DNA of 64,000 nt, from NCBI GenBank assembly GCA_963674755.2, contig CAXXVS010000003.1, positions 2,560,001 to 2,624,000 on the forward strand, read 5' to 3'. The notes beneath the pieces are model-generated. The model saw only the letters and a list, made by a program, of their open reading frames with translations. It made no database searches and was not told where the DNA came from. This DNA is from Desulfobacterales bacterium. Lineage in GTDB: Bacteria; Desulfobacterota; Desulfobacteria; Desulfobacterales; UBA5852. Positions 52,885 through 63,727 of the stretch are shown here, one piece after another; within the stretch, counting starts at the first letter, position 1; the number at the start of each line of letters is the position of its first letter. The translations under genes and the position numbers were made by a program.

Positions 52885-55311
52885 CTATTGAAGGCCGATG
52901 GGACCCAATCCGTAAAAGTTGAACATAAACGAAATGGCTTGGTCGTTATCCGCATCCGAATACTGGACATCCAAGGACCAGCATTGGGCTGCGTAGAGCA
53001 GCCCCAGTGTGGTTTCGATCCGGGTGTTGCTCACAAAATCGTATTCGTTGCTGGCGTGGACCGTGAACCGGTAGGGCAGCTTGAGACGGATGCGGCCGTA
53101 TAGCGATTCCACCCGTTTTTCGGAAGTGGCCGCGTCTTTGCGGTAGAACCGATAGAGCCCCTTGTCGTAGCGGTATCGCAAGTACAATTCATCACCGCGC
53201 GGAGAATCGAGGGTGGCCCTGAGATTCCGGGATACCAGCCGGTTGTCGTAGACATCAAACTCGGCATCGGCGTGCAATTTCAGATAGCGGGTCGGGAAAT
53301 ATTCCAGTTCGCCGCGAATCGGCGAGAAGGGACGTTTGCGCGCGGGATCGGAGCGTTCGCTGCCCCGGGCCTCCCGGATGTTATAGCGCTGTTCCAGTTT
53401 GACGCGCAGGAAATCATTGTAGCGGGGTTTCCCGTCCGTTTCCGTTGCGGTTTCATCCCCTTGCGGGAGGGGAATGGATTTGGAGGTGAAACTGTTGGTG
53501 ATGGAGTAGGTGATCATGTTCAACGGATCGACCCGGTTGATCCCGTCGTCCAGGGGCGTCGGTACATCGATGTAGTCCCCGATTTCATCCTGGTCGATGA
53601 TTTGCTGGTAAAAGGCCGGATACTTGTCCTGGTCCTTTTCGGGGATATACTCATAGACGACCCGCGGCAGCACCGTGTGCCGGAGGGCCTGCCACTCGCC
53701 GCCATCGATCGTGTAAACTTTGGAAAGTTCGGAGGATACGTCAAGCCTTAGGTCGTACAAGGTGCGGTAGGTATCCTTGTCCTTGGCTTCTTCGGAGGGG
53801 ATGTCCTGGAATTGGTTGACGAACCAGGCGGTTTGCTGCAGTCCGGCCGACGGTTCGATATAGAGGGCCTGCCCCAGACGGAAGGGCCAGGTGACCCGGG
53901 GGTGGAGGTTGACGCGGGCCGCCTGGGTGTTGTCCGTGCTGTAAAAATAGGTCCATTCGGTATCCATATTGAACAGCAGCGGGGTGTCCCCCAGGGGCTG
54001 GCGTATGGCGTCGAAGCGGATCAGCGGCAGGCGCTGAAGCTGTGTGTCCAACTTGGGGCCGGCGACATCGGCGGCCACTTCTTGGGTCCAGCGCCGGGTC
54101 GTGTCGTCCATCCAGATGATTCCACCGTTCAGGCTGAAGCGGTCCCACTCCCGGGTGATGACGGCCTGGTTCGTGCGGATGGGGTCGTCATAGTCATCCA
54201 GGTCGCGTCCGTAGATGCTGCGAAAATACTCCCGGGTCTGGTAGTAGCCGCCATAGCGGCTGCGGAATTCGGTGAGATAATCCTGGTCGCTGACGATATC
54301 CAGATCGACACGTCCCTTAAATCCGTAAGGCAGCCCCTGGTCGTGCTTCATGCGGAACCAGTAGCGGTCCTCGTTGGGCCGCAGGTAGTCGTCGCCTTTA
54401 TACCCCCAGTCGGTGCTGCTGTCGTCCAAACCATTGTCCACTTGGCGGTCCCGCAGATAGTCGCCCATGATCGTGCCCCTTGTCAGGGGATCGATGACGT
54501 AGCGGTATTCCAGATTGTTTTTGAGTCCGCGCTCGCTCAAATACTGAGGGGCGTAGGTCAGGTCCGACTGTTCGTCGATGGCCCAGAAGAAGGGCTGGGT
54601 ATAAAAGATGCCCAGGCGGTCGGATGTGCCCCATTCCGGCGGCAGGAGCCCGGTTTGCCGCTGCCGTTTGGCGGGGAACACGAAGATGGGGGTGTAGAGC
54701 AGCGGCACGTCGCGGGCCCACAGGGCGGCATCTCGAACGACGCCGTAGCCCTCCAGGGTGACATTCAGCTTGCGGCCGGTGATTTTCCAGGCCGGGGTCC
54801 GACCGTCGCAGCTGGAAACGCTGGCCCGCTCGGCGGCATAGGTGCTTTCCCCCAGTTTTTCGATTTTTTCACCGCGGATGTAGAAATGATTTTCCTCCAG
54901 GAAAATGGTGCCGTTGGTGACCGATCCGACTTGATTTTGGAGGTTGATTTCGAGGGTGTCGCCGATCAGGACATCCTTGCCGCTGACCAGCACCACATGG
55001 CCGCTGGCAGCGGCATCCATGGTGCGGTTGTCGAAACGCACACGGTCGGCGGTCAGCCGCACGCCCCCCCGACTGATGCGCACATTGCCTTCGGCCACAT
55101 AGCGGCGGGTGGCATTGTCATAGCTGATGGTATCGGCGGTGATGTGCCAGGGCTCGTCCGGATTGTCTTCAAGGCGCTGGCCCAGGTCGGCGCTCCGTGC
55201 CGGGGGCACCCCGCCGGCGACCATCAGCACAACCAGCAGGCTCCACACGATGCGGGCTGCGGTGCGTTTCGGGAATTGCTGATCGTGTCTGGGGCCAACC
55301 GCCGTTTGCAT
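52885..55311 (-). CDS. lptD: LPS-assembly protein LptD (start uncertain)
   Basis: OstA-like N-domain (ITADTISYD), SSCD...PAWKI, RQTGLLPP, beta-barrel, QCWSL. Confidence 0.88.
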   Translation of the reverse strand: MQTAVGPRHDQQFPKRTAARIVWSLLVVLMVAGGVPPARSADLGQRLEDNPDEPWHITADTISYDNATRRYVAEGNVRISRGGVRLTADRVRFDNRTMDAAASGHVVLVSGKDVLIGDTLEINLQNQVGSVTNGTIFLEENHFYIRGEKIEKLGESTYAAERASVSSCDGRTPAWKITGRKLNVTLEGYGVVRDAALWARDVPLLYTPIFVFPAKRQRQTGLLPPEWGTSDRLGIFYTQPFFWAIDEQSDLTYAPQYLSERGLKNNLEYRYVIDPLTRGTIMGDYLRDRQVDNGLDDSSTDWGYKGDDYLRPNEDRYWFRMKHDQGLPYGFKGRVDLDIVSDQDYLTEFRSRYGGYYQTREYFRSIYGRDLDDYDDPIRTNQAVITREWDRFSLNGGIIWMDDTTRRWTQEVAADVAGPKLDTQLQRLPLIRFDAIRQPLGDTPLLFNMDTEWTYFYSTDNTQAARVNLHPRVTWPFRLGQALYIEPSAGLQQTAWFVNQFQDIPSEEAKDKDTYRTLYDLRLDVSSELSKVYTIDGGEWQALRHTVLPRVVYEYIPEKDQDKYPAFYQQIIDQDEIGDYIDVPTPLDDGINRVDPLNMITYSITNSFTSKSIPLPQGDETATETDGKPRYNDFLRVKLEQRYNIREARGSERSDPARKRPFSPIRGELEYFPTRYLKLHADAEFDVYDNRLVSRNLRATLDSPRGDELYLRYRYDKGLYRFYRKDAATSEKRVESLYGRIRLKLPYRFTVHASNEYDFVSNTRIETTLGLLYAAQCWSLDVQYSDADNDQAISFMFNFYGLGPIGLQ

Positions 55312-55587
55312 CAAGGCGCCTATCGTGGAATATGGGGCTCCGCCATTGGCCGATGGTGGTGGCGGACTGGTATTGCCGGGGCAAGCATTGCGATTACCGC
55401 CGGTCGGCCGAAGCTGTCGCAAACGGAGTCTTTAAACAGAAGGCCGGGCGAAAAGTCAACTCCCGTTTTGCCGCGGAGGCCGATCACGGGGGGCTGCCTC
55501 CGGTCCGCCGGCCTTACGCCTTGCGCCCCGCAGGCTTTTTCGATATAGGTGGAAACCACTTCTGATCCCGAGGCCTACGAGACCGAA

Positions 55588-56373
55588 ATGAATATTCTTC
55601 TGACCAATGACGACGGCATTTTCGCACCGGGGCTGCAGGCCTTGCACAAACGCTTCGCCGCGCGGCATGCGGTGGTCGTGGTGGCCCCGGACCAGGAGCG
55701 CAGTGCCGTGGGGCACGGCATCACGCTGCACCATCCCCTGCGGGCGTCGCAGGTGGCCCTCAACGCCCACTACCGGGGCTATGCCGTCAACGGGACGCCG
55801 GCCGATTGCGTCAAACTGGGGGTTTTCGAGCTGTTGCCCTCCCGTCCGGATCTCGTCGTGGCGGGCATCAACCCCGGCGCCAATGTGGGGGTCAACGTCA
55901 ACTATTCCGGTACCGTGGCCGCCGCCAAGGAGGCGGCTCTCTATGGACTGCCGGCCATTGCCGTATCGGTCCAGGGGCGTGAGGTCGTCAACTATGACGA
56001 TGTGGCCGCCTTTACGGAAGCGCTGGCCGAGGCTGTTCTCCAAGAAGGGCTGCCAGGAGGCACCTTCCTGAATGTCAATGTCCCCAACATCCCCTTTAAG
56101 GCGATTTCCGGCACCATGCCCAGCCGCCAGGGAATCGGGCGCCCGGCCGATCATTTTGAAAAGCGCACCGATCCCCGCAATCAGGCCTATTACTGGTCGG
56201 GCATTGATTCCCAGGTTTTCGACGGTGCACCGGATGTGGACGGAACTGCCCTGGCAGGCAATCACATCTCCATCACCCCGATCAAGTGCGATATGACCGA
56301 CTATGAGGTGCTCGAAAACCTGCGCCGCTGGCGCTGGATGCCCAAGGAGATCGACCGTCCCGAAACACAATGA
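55588..56373 (+). CDS. surE: 5'/3'-nucleotidase SurE
   Basis: ILLTNDDG, GTPADC, GINPGAN, YSGTVAAA. Confidence 0.97.
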   Translation: MNILLTNDDGIFAPGLQALHKRFAARHAVVVVAPDQERSAVGHGITLHHPLRASQVALNAHYRGYAVNGTPADCVKLGVFELLPSRPDLVVAGINPGANVGVNVNYSGTVAAAKEAALYGLPAIAVSVQGREVVNYDDVAAFTEALAEAVLQEGLPGGTFLNVNVPNIPFKAISGTMPSRQGIGRPADHFEKRTDPRNQAYYWSGIDSQVFDGAPDVDGTALAGNHISITPIKCDMTDYEVLENLRRWRWMPKEIDRPETQ

Positions 56374-56436
56374 CACCGGTGCCCGCTGCATGCCGCCGGC
56401 GGGTAAACATCCTTAATATAGAAAGCGTTACCCTTC

Positions 56437-57408
56437 ATGGCGAAAAAGGCTTTTGTGGCAACCCTGTCCCCTGGCGACACCGTCGATGATGAATTCGTCC
56501 TGGCCGGGAAGACGGTTTTGCAGAAACGGGACGGCCATCAGTATCTCAATGTGGTAATGGCGGACCGCAGCGGACAGATCAAAGGCGTCGTCTGGGACAA
56601 TGTCCGTTCCATTGCCGCCGCGGCGGAGATCGGGGATTTCGTGCGTATCACTGGCAGTGTCTCCGAATACCGCGGTACCCCGCAGCTGGTCATCAAATCC
56701 ATGACGGCCGTTGCCGCCGACCGCGTGTCGGCGGAAGACTTCCTGCCGGCCACGGAGCTGGATGTGGATCAGCTCTTTGAGCGGCTGGTGAACCTCACCC
56801 ACACGTTTACCACGCCTTGGCTGAAAAGCCTGTTTGCGGCCTTCTGGCAAGATGAGACCTTTGTGGCGGGCTTTAAAAAAGCCCCTGCCGCCAAGCGCAT
56901 GCATCATGCCTACCTGGGCGGTTTGCTGGTGCACTGCCTGTCCATGGCGGTCCTGGCGGACAAGCTGGCCGCCCACTACAACGGGCTTGATCGGGATCTG
57001 CTGATTGCCGGTGCCATTTTGCACGATGTCGGCAAATTGCGTGAGTTCGACTACGCCACCGCGATCGACTATTCCGATGAGGGGCGGCTGCTCAGCCACA
57101 TCGTGATCGGTCTGGAAATGCTCGATGAAAAGCTGCGCCAGATCCCCGATATCCCCCGGGACCAGGCCAATCACCTGAAGCACATGATCGTCAGCCACCA
57201 CGGTGAGCCGGCCTTCGGTGCCCTGGAACCGCCCAAGACCGTCGAGGCCGTGGTGCTGCACTATATCGACGACCTGGATTCCAAAATCAATGCCGTGCGG
57301 GAGTTCATGGCCAAAGAAGATCCTGACCAGGCCTGGACTTCCTTTCATCGCATCCTGGGACGTCATTTTTACAGGGGAACCGCCGAAACCACTTCCTCCA
57401 AAGGATAG
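56437..57408 (+). CDS. yhaM: YhaM/Cbf1-like OB-fold HD 3'-5' exoribonuclease
   Basis: OB fold, PAAKRMHHAYLGGL, LHDVGK, SHHG, DDLDSK. Confidence 0.88.
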   Translation: MAKKAFVATLSPGDTVDDEFVLAGKTVLQKRDGHQYLNVVMADRSGQIKGVVWDNVRSIAAAAEIGDFVRITGSVSEYRGTPQLVIKSMTAVAADRVSAEDFLPATELDVDQLFERLVNLTHTFTTPWLKSLFAAFWQDETFVAGFKKAPAAKRMHHAYLGGLLVHCLSMAVLADKLAAHYNGLDRDLLIAGAILHDVGKLREFDYATAIDYSDEGRLLSHIVIGLEMLDEKLRQIPDIPRDQANHLKHMIVSHHGEPAFGALEPPKTVEAVVLHYIDDLDSKINAVREFMAKEDPDQAWTSFHRILGRHFYRGTAETTSSKG

Positions 57409-57478
57409 ATCGCATGATCGCCGGCCGTCTCAGGGGAGAACGGCGCGGGCGCTCCTGCGCCCCAAGGATGAATCGGAT

Positions 57479-58120
57479 ATGTTCATTACGCTCGAAGGCA
57501 TCGAAGGTTCCGGCAAGACAACGGCTCTGGCACGCCTTGTAGCCTATCTGGAGGGTCGCGGCCGTGTCTGCCGGGTAACGCGGGAGCCGGGGGGCACGCC
57601 CTTCGGGCAGCGCCTGCGGTCGATTCTGCTGGACCCGGACAGCGGCGCCCTCGATCCCCGCGCCGAATTGCTGCTCTATTGCGCCGATCGGGTGCAGCAT
57701 GTCCATACCGTCATCCAGCCCGCCCTGGCGGCCGGAGATATCGTGGTCTGCGACCGTTATCTGGACGCCACCCTGGCTTATCAGGGCGGCGCCCGGGGAT
57801 TGGGCCTGGAGGTGATCCGGGCGTTGCACGGGCTGGTAGTGCCGCTCCTGCAGCCGGATCTGACCTTTCTCTTCGATCTGGACCCCCGGATCGGATTGGA
57901 GCGCGCCTGGGCGGCGGTGGAAGGCGGCGAGCGCCGGCGCAGCGAATCCCGCTTCGAAGCCGAAGCGCTATCCTTTCATACCAGCGTGCGGCAGCATTAT
58001 CTGGCTCTGGCCCGGGCTGAAGGCGAGCGTTTTGTGGTGCTCGATGCGGCCCGCCCCCCGGCGGAAGTGGCCGACCAAATGATTGCTGCGCTGGTGCGCC
58101 GCCAGCCCGACTTTGCCTGA
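57479..58120 (+). CDS. tmk: Thymidylate kinase
   Basis: FITLEGIEGSGKTT, TREPGG, CDRY...AYQG. Confidence 0.96.
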   Translation: MFITLEGIEGSGKTTALARLVAYLEGRGRVCRVTREPGGTPFGQRLRSILLDPDSGALDPRAELLLYCADRVQHVHTVIQPALAAGDIVVCDRYLDATLAYQGGARGLGLEVIRALHGLVVPLLQPDLTFLFDLDPRIGLERAWAAVEGGERRRSESRFEAEALSFHTSVRQHYLALARAEGERFVVLDAARPPAEVADQMIAALVRRQPDFA

Positions 58121-58155
58121 ACGCCCGTGGAAGCTGAAGGATTGAACGAACGGCC

Positions 58156-60432
58156 ATGACACATACCCTTATCGACGAAATCGGTCACACGCCGCTGATC
58201 CCGATCCGGCACCTCAATACCAACCCGGCTGTCCGCGTGCTGGCCAAACTGGAGTATATGAACCCCGGCGGATCGATCAAGGACCGCGCCGCCCTTTCTA
58301 TGATCGAAGCGGGTGAGCGCAGTGGCGAACTGACGCCGGAGAAAACCGTCATCGAGGCCACCAGCGGCAATACAGGCATCGGGCTGGCCCTGGTCTGCGC
58401 CGTCAAAGGCTATCGTCTGCTGCTGGCCATGTCCGAATCCGCCAGCGTGGAGCGCCGGAAGATCCTGCGGGCCCGCGGGGCGGATATTCTGTTGACGCCC
58501 GGGCACCTCGGCACCGATGGTGCCATCGAGGAAGTCTACCGCCTGGTGCGCGAAAATCCCGCTAAGTATTTCATGACGGACCAGTACAACAATCCGGCCA
58601 ACTACATGGCGCACAAGGAGGGCACTGCCACCGAAATCTGGCAGCAGACCGATGGACAGGTGACCCATCTGGTGGCCACGGTTGGCACCTGCGGTACGGT
58701 CATGGGGCTCTCCATGGGACTCAAGGCGTTCAATCCGGCCATTCAGCTCATTGCCGTCGAACCGTACATGGGGCACAAGCTGCAAGGCCTCAAGAACCTC
58801 AAGGAATCCTACTGCCCCGAGATTTTCGACAAGCGGCGCATCGACGAGAAGATCAACATCGACGACGAGGAAGCCTTTGAAACCACCCGCCGGCTGGCCC
58901 GCGAGGAAGGCCTTTTCGTGGGCATGAGCAGCGGGGCCGCCATGGCGGTGGCGCTGCGCCAAGCCCGCACGCTGCAAACCGGCACCATCGTGGTCATTTT
59001 GCCGGACGGCGGCGAACGCTACCTCAGCACGCCGCTGTTTGCGGCCCCCGAGAAGGCCCATATCCAGCTTTTCGATACCATGCAACGGCGCAAGCAGGCC
59101 CTGGAAACGCTGCAACCGGGCAAAGTGAGCATCTATTCCTGCGGGCCCACGGCCTATGCCCCTCTCCACCTGGGCCAGTGCCGGCGCTATGTTTTTGCGG
59201 ATTTGCTCTGCCGCTACCTGGTGTTTCGGGGATATGCGGTGCGCCATCTGGTCAATATCACCGACCTGGACGATAAAACCATCAAGGGCTCCGAAAGGGC
59301 CGGACAAAGCCTGTCGGACTTTACCCGGGGCCATATCGCCAATTTCAAAAAAGACATGGCGTTTCTGCGCATCCAGCCGGCGGACTTGTACCCCCTGGCC
59401 AGCGAACATGTGGACGATATGGTGCAGCTGGCCCGCACGCTGATGCAGAAAGGCTTTGCCTACGAAAAACTACGCTCGCTCTATTTCAATATTGCGCGTC
59501 TGCCGGCCTACGGCTGCCTTTCGGGCATCGACCTGGAGAAGATGCGGCTGGGCCATACCGTGGACCTCGATGAATATGAAAAGGACAATCCGCGGGACTT
59601 CACCCTGCTCAAACGGGCCCGGCTCTCGGAGCTCAAACGGGGGCTGTTTACCAAAACCGAGTGGGGCAACGTAAGGCCCTCCTGGCACATCCAATGTGTG
59701 GCCATGGCCACCAAATATCTGGGGGAAACCATCGACATTCACACGGGCGGCAGTGAACTGGTCTTCCCCCATCACGAGAATGAAATCGCCATTGCCGCGG
59801 CCGTCAGCGGCAAACCCCTTGCGAATTGCTGGCTGCACTGCGACGGTGTGCAGATGGACGGTCCGGCCGCTGCCGCTGACGAGCCGCCGGTCACGCTGGC
59901 CGACCTGGTCCGGGAAGGCTATTCCGGGCGCACCATCCGGTTTTGGCTGTTGGCGACCCACTACCGCAAAACCGCCACCTTTTCCCGCGCGCGGCTTGTG
60001 GCGGCAGAGCAATCCCTCAAGCGGTTGGATGGCTGCGTTAAAGTGTTGCAGGAAGTGTGCGGGGACCGCGGCTACCCCGAATTGAATCAGCTGCTCTACG
60101 ATCTTCGCAATGGATTCACCCAGGCCATGGATGACGACCTGAACGTCTCCGGGGCCCTGGCCGCGGTTTTCTCCGTCGTAAAGCGCATCAACCGGCTGAA
60201 TCAGGCCGGCCGGTTCAGCCGGGACGATGCCGCGCAGCTGTTGGAAGCCTTCCGCCAGGTGGATGGCGTTCTGGGGGTTTTTGATTTTGAACCGGCGCCC
60301 TTTCCCGACGATGTTGCCACCCTGATGGAAGCGCGTGAAACAGCGCGTGCCCAAAAGGATTTCGATACGGCCGATCGACTCCGGGAGGAACTGCGCGCGC
60401 GCGGTGTCAACGTGAAGGATGCCAAGCTTTGA
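58156..60432 (+). CDS. Cysteine synthase (CysK/M)-cysteinyl-tRNA synthetase fusion
   Basis: N-half NPGGSIKDR, ATSGNTG, PDGGERYLST; C-half SCGPT..HLG, NITDLDDK, WHIQC, FPHHENE, DDDLN; one continuous 758-aa ORF. Confidence 0.93.
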   Translation: MTHTLIDEIGHTPLIPIRHLNTNPAVRVLAKLEYMNPGGSIKDRAALSMIEAGERSGELTPEKTVIEATSGNTGIGLALVCAVKGYRLLLAMSESASVERRKILRARGADILLTPGHLGTDGAIEEVYRLVRENPAKYFMTDQYNNPANYMAHKEGTATEIWQQTDGQVTHLVATVGTCGTVMGLSMGLKAFNPAIQLIAVEPYMGHKLQGLKNLKESYCPEIFDKRRIDEKINIDDEEAFETTRRLAREEGLFVGMSSGAAMAVALRQARTLQTGTIVVILPDGGERYLSTPLFAAPEKAHIQLFDTMQRRKQALETLQPGKVSIYSCGPTAYAPLHLGQCRRYVFADLLCRYLVFRGYAVRHLVNITDLDDKTIKGSERAGQSLSDFTRGHIANFKKDMAFLRIQPADLYPLASEHVDDMVQLARTLMQKGFAYEKLRSLYFNIARLPAYGCLSGIDLEKMRLGHTVDLDEYEKDNPRDFTLLKRARLSELKRGLFTKTEWGNVRPSWHIQCVAMATKYLGETIDIHTGGSELVFPHHENEIAIAAAVSGKPLANCWLHCDGVQMDGPAAAADEPPVTLADLVREGYSGRTIRFWLLATHYRKTATFSRARLVAAEQSLKRLDGCVKVLQEVCGDRGYPELNQLLYDLRNGFTQAMDDDLNVSGALAAVFSVVKRINRLNQAGRFSRDDAAQLLEAFRQVDGVLGVFDFEPAPFPDDVATLMEARETARAQKDFDTADRLREELRARGVNVKDAKL

Positions 60433-61448
60433 AAATCGTCTATTTTCCTTATACGGCTATTCAGCCCCGCAAGGCGGAACAGCTGGCCGCCCTGTGGGGG
60501 CCCGTGACACTTCTCCAGCCCGCGCCGGATGTCTGCCGGCCGGAGACCCGGGCCCTCGAGAAGGCCGGATGGATCGAAATGCTTTTTCCGGCCGACGATC
60601 ATGACCGGTCGTTGATCGATCATCTGAACGCCTTCGAGCAATGGGCAGCCCGCAACGCGGGAAGTGATTTGGCGGCCCTGATGAGACAGAGGACGCCGAC
60701 CCCCTTTTGCGGCGACCAGTCGCTGGCCAGGATCGTTACCGAGCTCCGCAACGGTGGGAAGACAACAATGCCGGCCGCTCCGGAGAAGTCGCCCCCCCGG
60801 GATATTTTCCAGGATCAACTTCTGCTGGCCATGGCACAGAAATTCGATCGCCAGCAGGAAGAGCTGGCAAGCCAGATCGAAACCCTGGCCCGGAAGGAAC
60901 ACCAGATGCTGGCGCTGCTCAGAGGTGAAGAAGCGGTGGACCGCGAGCCCTTGGGTACGCCCTGGACGCCGCCGAGCGGCCCGCAGGCGGCTTTGCTTGA
61001 TCTGAGGATCAAGGCCTGGGCCCGGGTGATGCGGACCTTGCCGGAGATGGAGGAGGGCTTCCCCGGAGGGACGAACGGCATCCTGTTCCTGACAGACAAC
61101 CGCAGCGTAATGGACCAGATTCAAGACCATTTCCCGGAAGCGCAGCTTCGCCTGGAGGCTTGTCCCGTTACCGCCGGAGCGCGCTGTGCGGAGACCTTCC
61201 GGATGCTACCGCCATGGCTTGCGCAATTGTTGACCTCCCGGAGCGTTCCGGCCTCCGGGCCGGTGGCGTATGCCACGCTCGGCCTTGATCTGGTCGAAAT
61301 ACCCGCCCTGCCTATCGGTGGATTCTTCCGGCGACTGGCAGGCGGGGAGCGCCAAGGAGCCGGCGATTCGATTCCGGGGCACACGGCCGAATCCTGCTGG
61401 GTGGGATCCCTATCTTGGCCGGAAGACGCTGAGGGGGATGCTGTCTGA
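60429..61448 (+). CDS. Hypothetical protein coupled to the fusion gene
   Basis: TTG start overlaps the upstream TGA (TTGA); 339 aa. Confidence 0.7.
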   Translation: MKIVYFPYTAIQPRKAEQLAALWGPVTLLQPAPDVCRPETRALEKAGWIEMLFPADDHDRSLIDHLNAFEQWAARNAGSDLAALMRQRTPTPFCGDQSLARIVTELRNGGKTTMPAAPEKSPPRDIFQDQLLLAMAQKFDRQQEELASQIETLARKEHQMLALLRGEEAVDREPLGTPWTPPSGPQAALLDLRIKAWARVMRTLPEMEEGFPGGTNGILFLTDNRSVMDQIQDHFPEAQLRLEACPVTAGARCAETFRMLPPWLAQLLTSRSVPASGPVAYATLGLDLVEIPALPIGGFFRRLAGGERQGAGDSIPGHTAESCWVGSLSWPEDAEGDAV

Positions 61449-61540
61449 CGGATCAATGCCTATCTAACTATCCGGATTATTGTATAATACAAAAAGTTTC
61501 CGATGCTCTGCGACCGGGGGTGAAAAAATACCGGCAAGGC

Positions 61541-61567
61541 TTGACTGGCCCTGGCAATTGGTATAAT
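61541..61567 (+). promoter_or_regulatory. Sigma-70 promoter of ferredoxin (extended -10)
   Basis: TTGACT-N15-TATAAT with TGn before the -10. Confidence 0.55.
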
Positions 61568-61637
61568 GACTTCGACGATATTGATATCAACGACGCACCC
61601 GCGTCATATGCGACGATCCTTGAAAGGAGGCTATTAG

Positions 61638-61826
61638 ATGGCTTTTACCCCGGTTGTTGACGAAGACAAATGCGAAGGTTGCGAAGAATGCGTGGACGTG
61701 TGCCCGGTGGAAGTGTTCGAGATGCAGGACGGCAAATCCGTCCCCGTGAACGCGGAAGAGTGCCTGGGCTGTGAAAGTTGCGTGGAAGTCTGCGAAGCCG
61801 ACGCCATCACCGTCGAAGAATCCTAA
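61638..61826 (+). CDS. 2[4Fe-4S] ferredoxin
   Basis: CEGCEECVDVCP and CLGCESCVEVC; RBS AGGAGG. Confidence 0.97.
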   Translation: MAFTPVVDEDKCEGCEECVDVCPVEVFEMQDGKSVPVNAEECLGCESCVEVCEADAITVEES

Positions 61827-61842
61827 TCCAGACGGTTTTTTT

Positions 61843-61877
61843 AAAGCCCCCATCCTGCGGGATGCGGGGCTTTTTTT
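61843..61877 (+). terminator. Intrinsic terminator of ferredoxin
   Basis: GCCCCCATCC-TGCG-GGATGCGGGGC followed by T7. Confidence 0.85.
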
Positions 61878-61930
61878 GTGCCGCCCGCCCGCCGTCCACA
61901 GGATGGTGCGCGTGGGCTCTGTTCGCCGGA

Positions 61931-61976
61931 TAAAAAGCCAACCCCCGCAGGACCCGACGGGTCCTGCGGGGGTTGG
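61931..61976 (-). terminator. Intrinsic terminator of the OmpA-family gene
   Basis: 18-bp perfect stem CCAACCCCCGCAGGACCC, then a T-run on the minus strand. Confidence 0.85.
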
Positions 61977-62032
61977 TCGTTCATGGTGCGGCGGACCTGG
62001 TGATCCGCCACACCGCTGCTGTCAGGCCGGGG

Positions 62033-63151
62033 CTAGTTCATGGGCACCAGCTCCACCCGGCGGTTTTTGGCCCGGTTGGCTTCCGAATCGTTCGGGAAGC
62101 GCGGATTGCTTTCGCCGTAACCCTTGGCGGTCAGGCGACTGGCGGCAATTCCCTGGCCGATCAGGTAGTCCTTGACCGACTTGGCCCGTCGGTCGGAGAG
62201 GCCCATGTTGTATTCGGCCGTGCCGGTGTCGTCGGTGTATCCTGCGACTTCCACCCGGATCTGCGGGTTTTCTTTCAGGATCTGGATGTCGTCCTGCAGG
62301 ATTTGTTTGGATTCAGGACGCAGCTTCGCCGAATTGAATTCGAAGGTCACTCCGCTCAGAATCCAGGAAATTTTCGGCTGGGGCAACGGCGGCGGCGGGA
62401 CCGGAGCGGGCACGGGTTTGGCCTGGCCTTTCTTCAGGAAGACCTTTTCCACAAAGGCCGCCATGGCGTCCGGGGTAGCCAGCTCGTCGGCCGAGGTCGC
62501 CGATCCGCAGGCGCTCGTGGCCGCCAGGTCGCTCATCATCTGGCGCCCCTTGTCCGTATTGCCCACAAAGACCGTGTAGAGGCACAGCCGGTCGCCGAAT
62601 TGCTCCTTGAGGTCATTGGCCGCCTTCAGAGGCGGGATGGCAGGGGAGTTCTCGATGCCGTCGCTGAATACGATGACGGCGATGTCACCGCTGGTATCCT
62701 TCAGCAGCTTGCCGGCTTCCATCAGCCCCAACCCCATGGGGGTCGTGCCGCCGGGACCGGAAATTTTGCTCATGCCTTCCGCGAAACCTTCCCGTGTATA
62801 GTCGGTCAGTCCGTAAACCGTCGTGACCGGTGCCTTGCCGAGCCCGAAAGCCGTTATGCCACCCTTAATGGGCAGGGGGGGCATGGTCATGTTCATGCGG
62901 CTGGCCAAGTCCCTGGCCACGGCAAACTTGGAGTGTCCATTGTTGAGCTGCCCCTTGTAGGCAGCGCCCATGGAAGAAGAGGAATCAAAGACCACCACAA
63001 AGTTATCCGGTTTGGCGACGTACTGCCCGGAGCTGACCTTGCCGCTGAGATCCTGGGGGCTGAATGGGGCCATGGGCTGCGTGGCGGCACAGGCCGCCAG
63101 CAACATGGCCAACGCGATAAAAAGACCACCTCTAATCAATGTTTTTTTCAT
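62033..63151 (-). CDS. vWA + OmpA-domain lipoprotein
   Basis: LAAC lipobox, DSSSSM (MIDAS), FSDG, Pro linker, GYTD, LSDRRA, NRRVE. Confidence 0.9.
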   Translation of the reverse strand: MKKTLIRGGLFIALAMLLAACAATQPMAPFSPQDLSGKVSSGQYVAKPDNFVVVFDSSSSMGAAYKGQLNNGHSKFAVARDLASRMNMTMPPLPIKGGITAFGLGKAPVTTVYGLTDYTREGFAEGMSKISGPGGTTPMGLGLMEAGKLLKDTSGDIAVIVFSDGIENSPAIPPLKAANDLKEQFGDRLCLYTVFVGNTDKGRQMMSDLAATSACGSATSADELATPDAMAAFVEKVFLKKGQAKPVPAPVPPPPLPQPKISWILSGVTFEFNSAKLRPESKQILQDDIQILKENPQIRVEVAGYTDDTGTAEYNMGLSDRRAKSVKDYLIGQGIAASRLTAKGYGESNPRFPNDSEANRAKNRRVELVPMN

Positions 63152-63727
63152 AACCTCACCTCGTTTGTGTCTTGGTTGACAATTGGGAAGACCGGGTCGT
63201 CGTCTCCGCTCCTCTTGCGTAAACATGCCCCGTTCAGGAACAGCCTATATATGGGAAGCGATCGGTGCCGATTTCGAAAGGTTCGGGTCCACATGCTGAC
63301 CGGATCGCCATGAATTGTTAAGGGATGTGATTCAATGCTGTGGAAACCGTAAGGCCGGTAACGACTAGAACAGACCGCCTTATAGCACAGCAAAAATTGA
63401 CTTATCAACTAGCGCTTTGCTCAAATCATAATAATGGTCGAATCGATGTCAACAAGCGATAGATGGGGAAAGTTTGATACTCATGCACATTAACGCAATG
63501 GCTAAATTGACTTTTACGAATGATTTTGACGAGAAATCCGCGCTCGGGGATGGCGCCGCCATGCGACGGGATTGGGCGGCCGGTTCCTCATTCCGGTTCG
63601 CTCAGGGGAACGTCTTGCCGACAACCCGGGAAATTGGTTGCCCGGGTTGCGCTGATGCCCGCCCGTGGCGATTTCATCGATGATCACGGCTTGCCCGTTT
63701 CCCCTTTATATGGTAGATTCGACCGCC

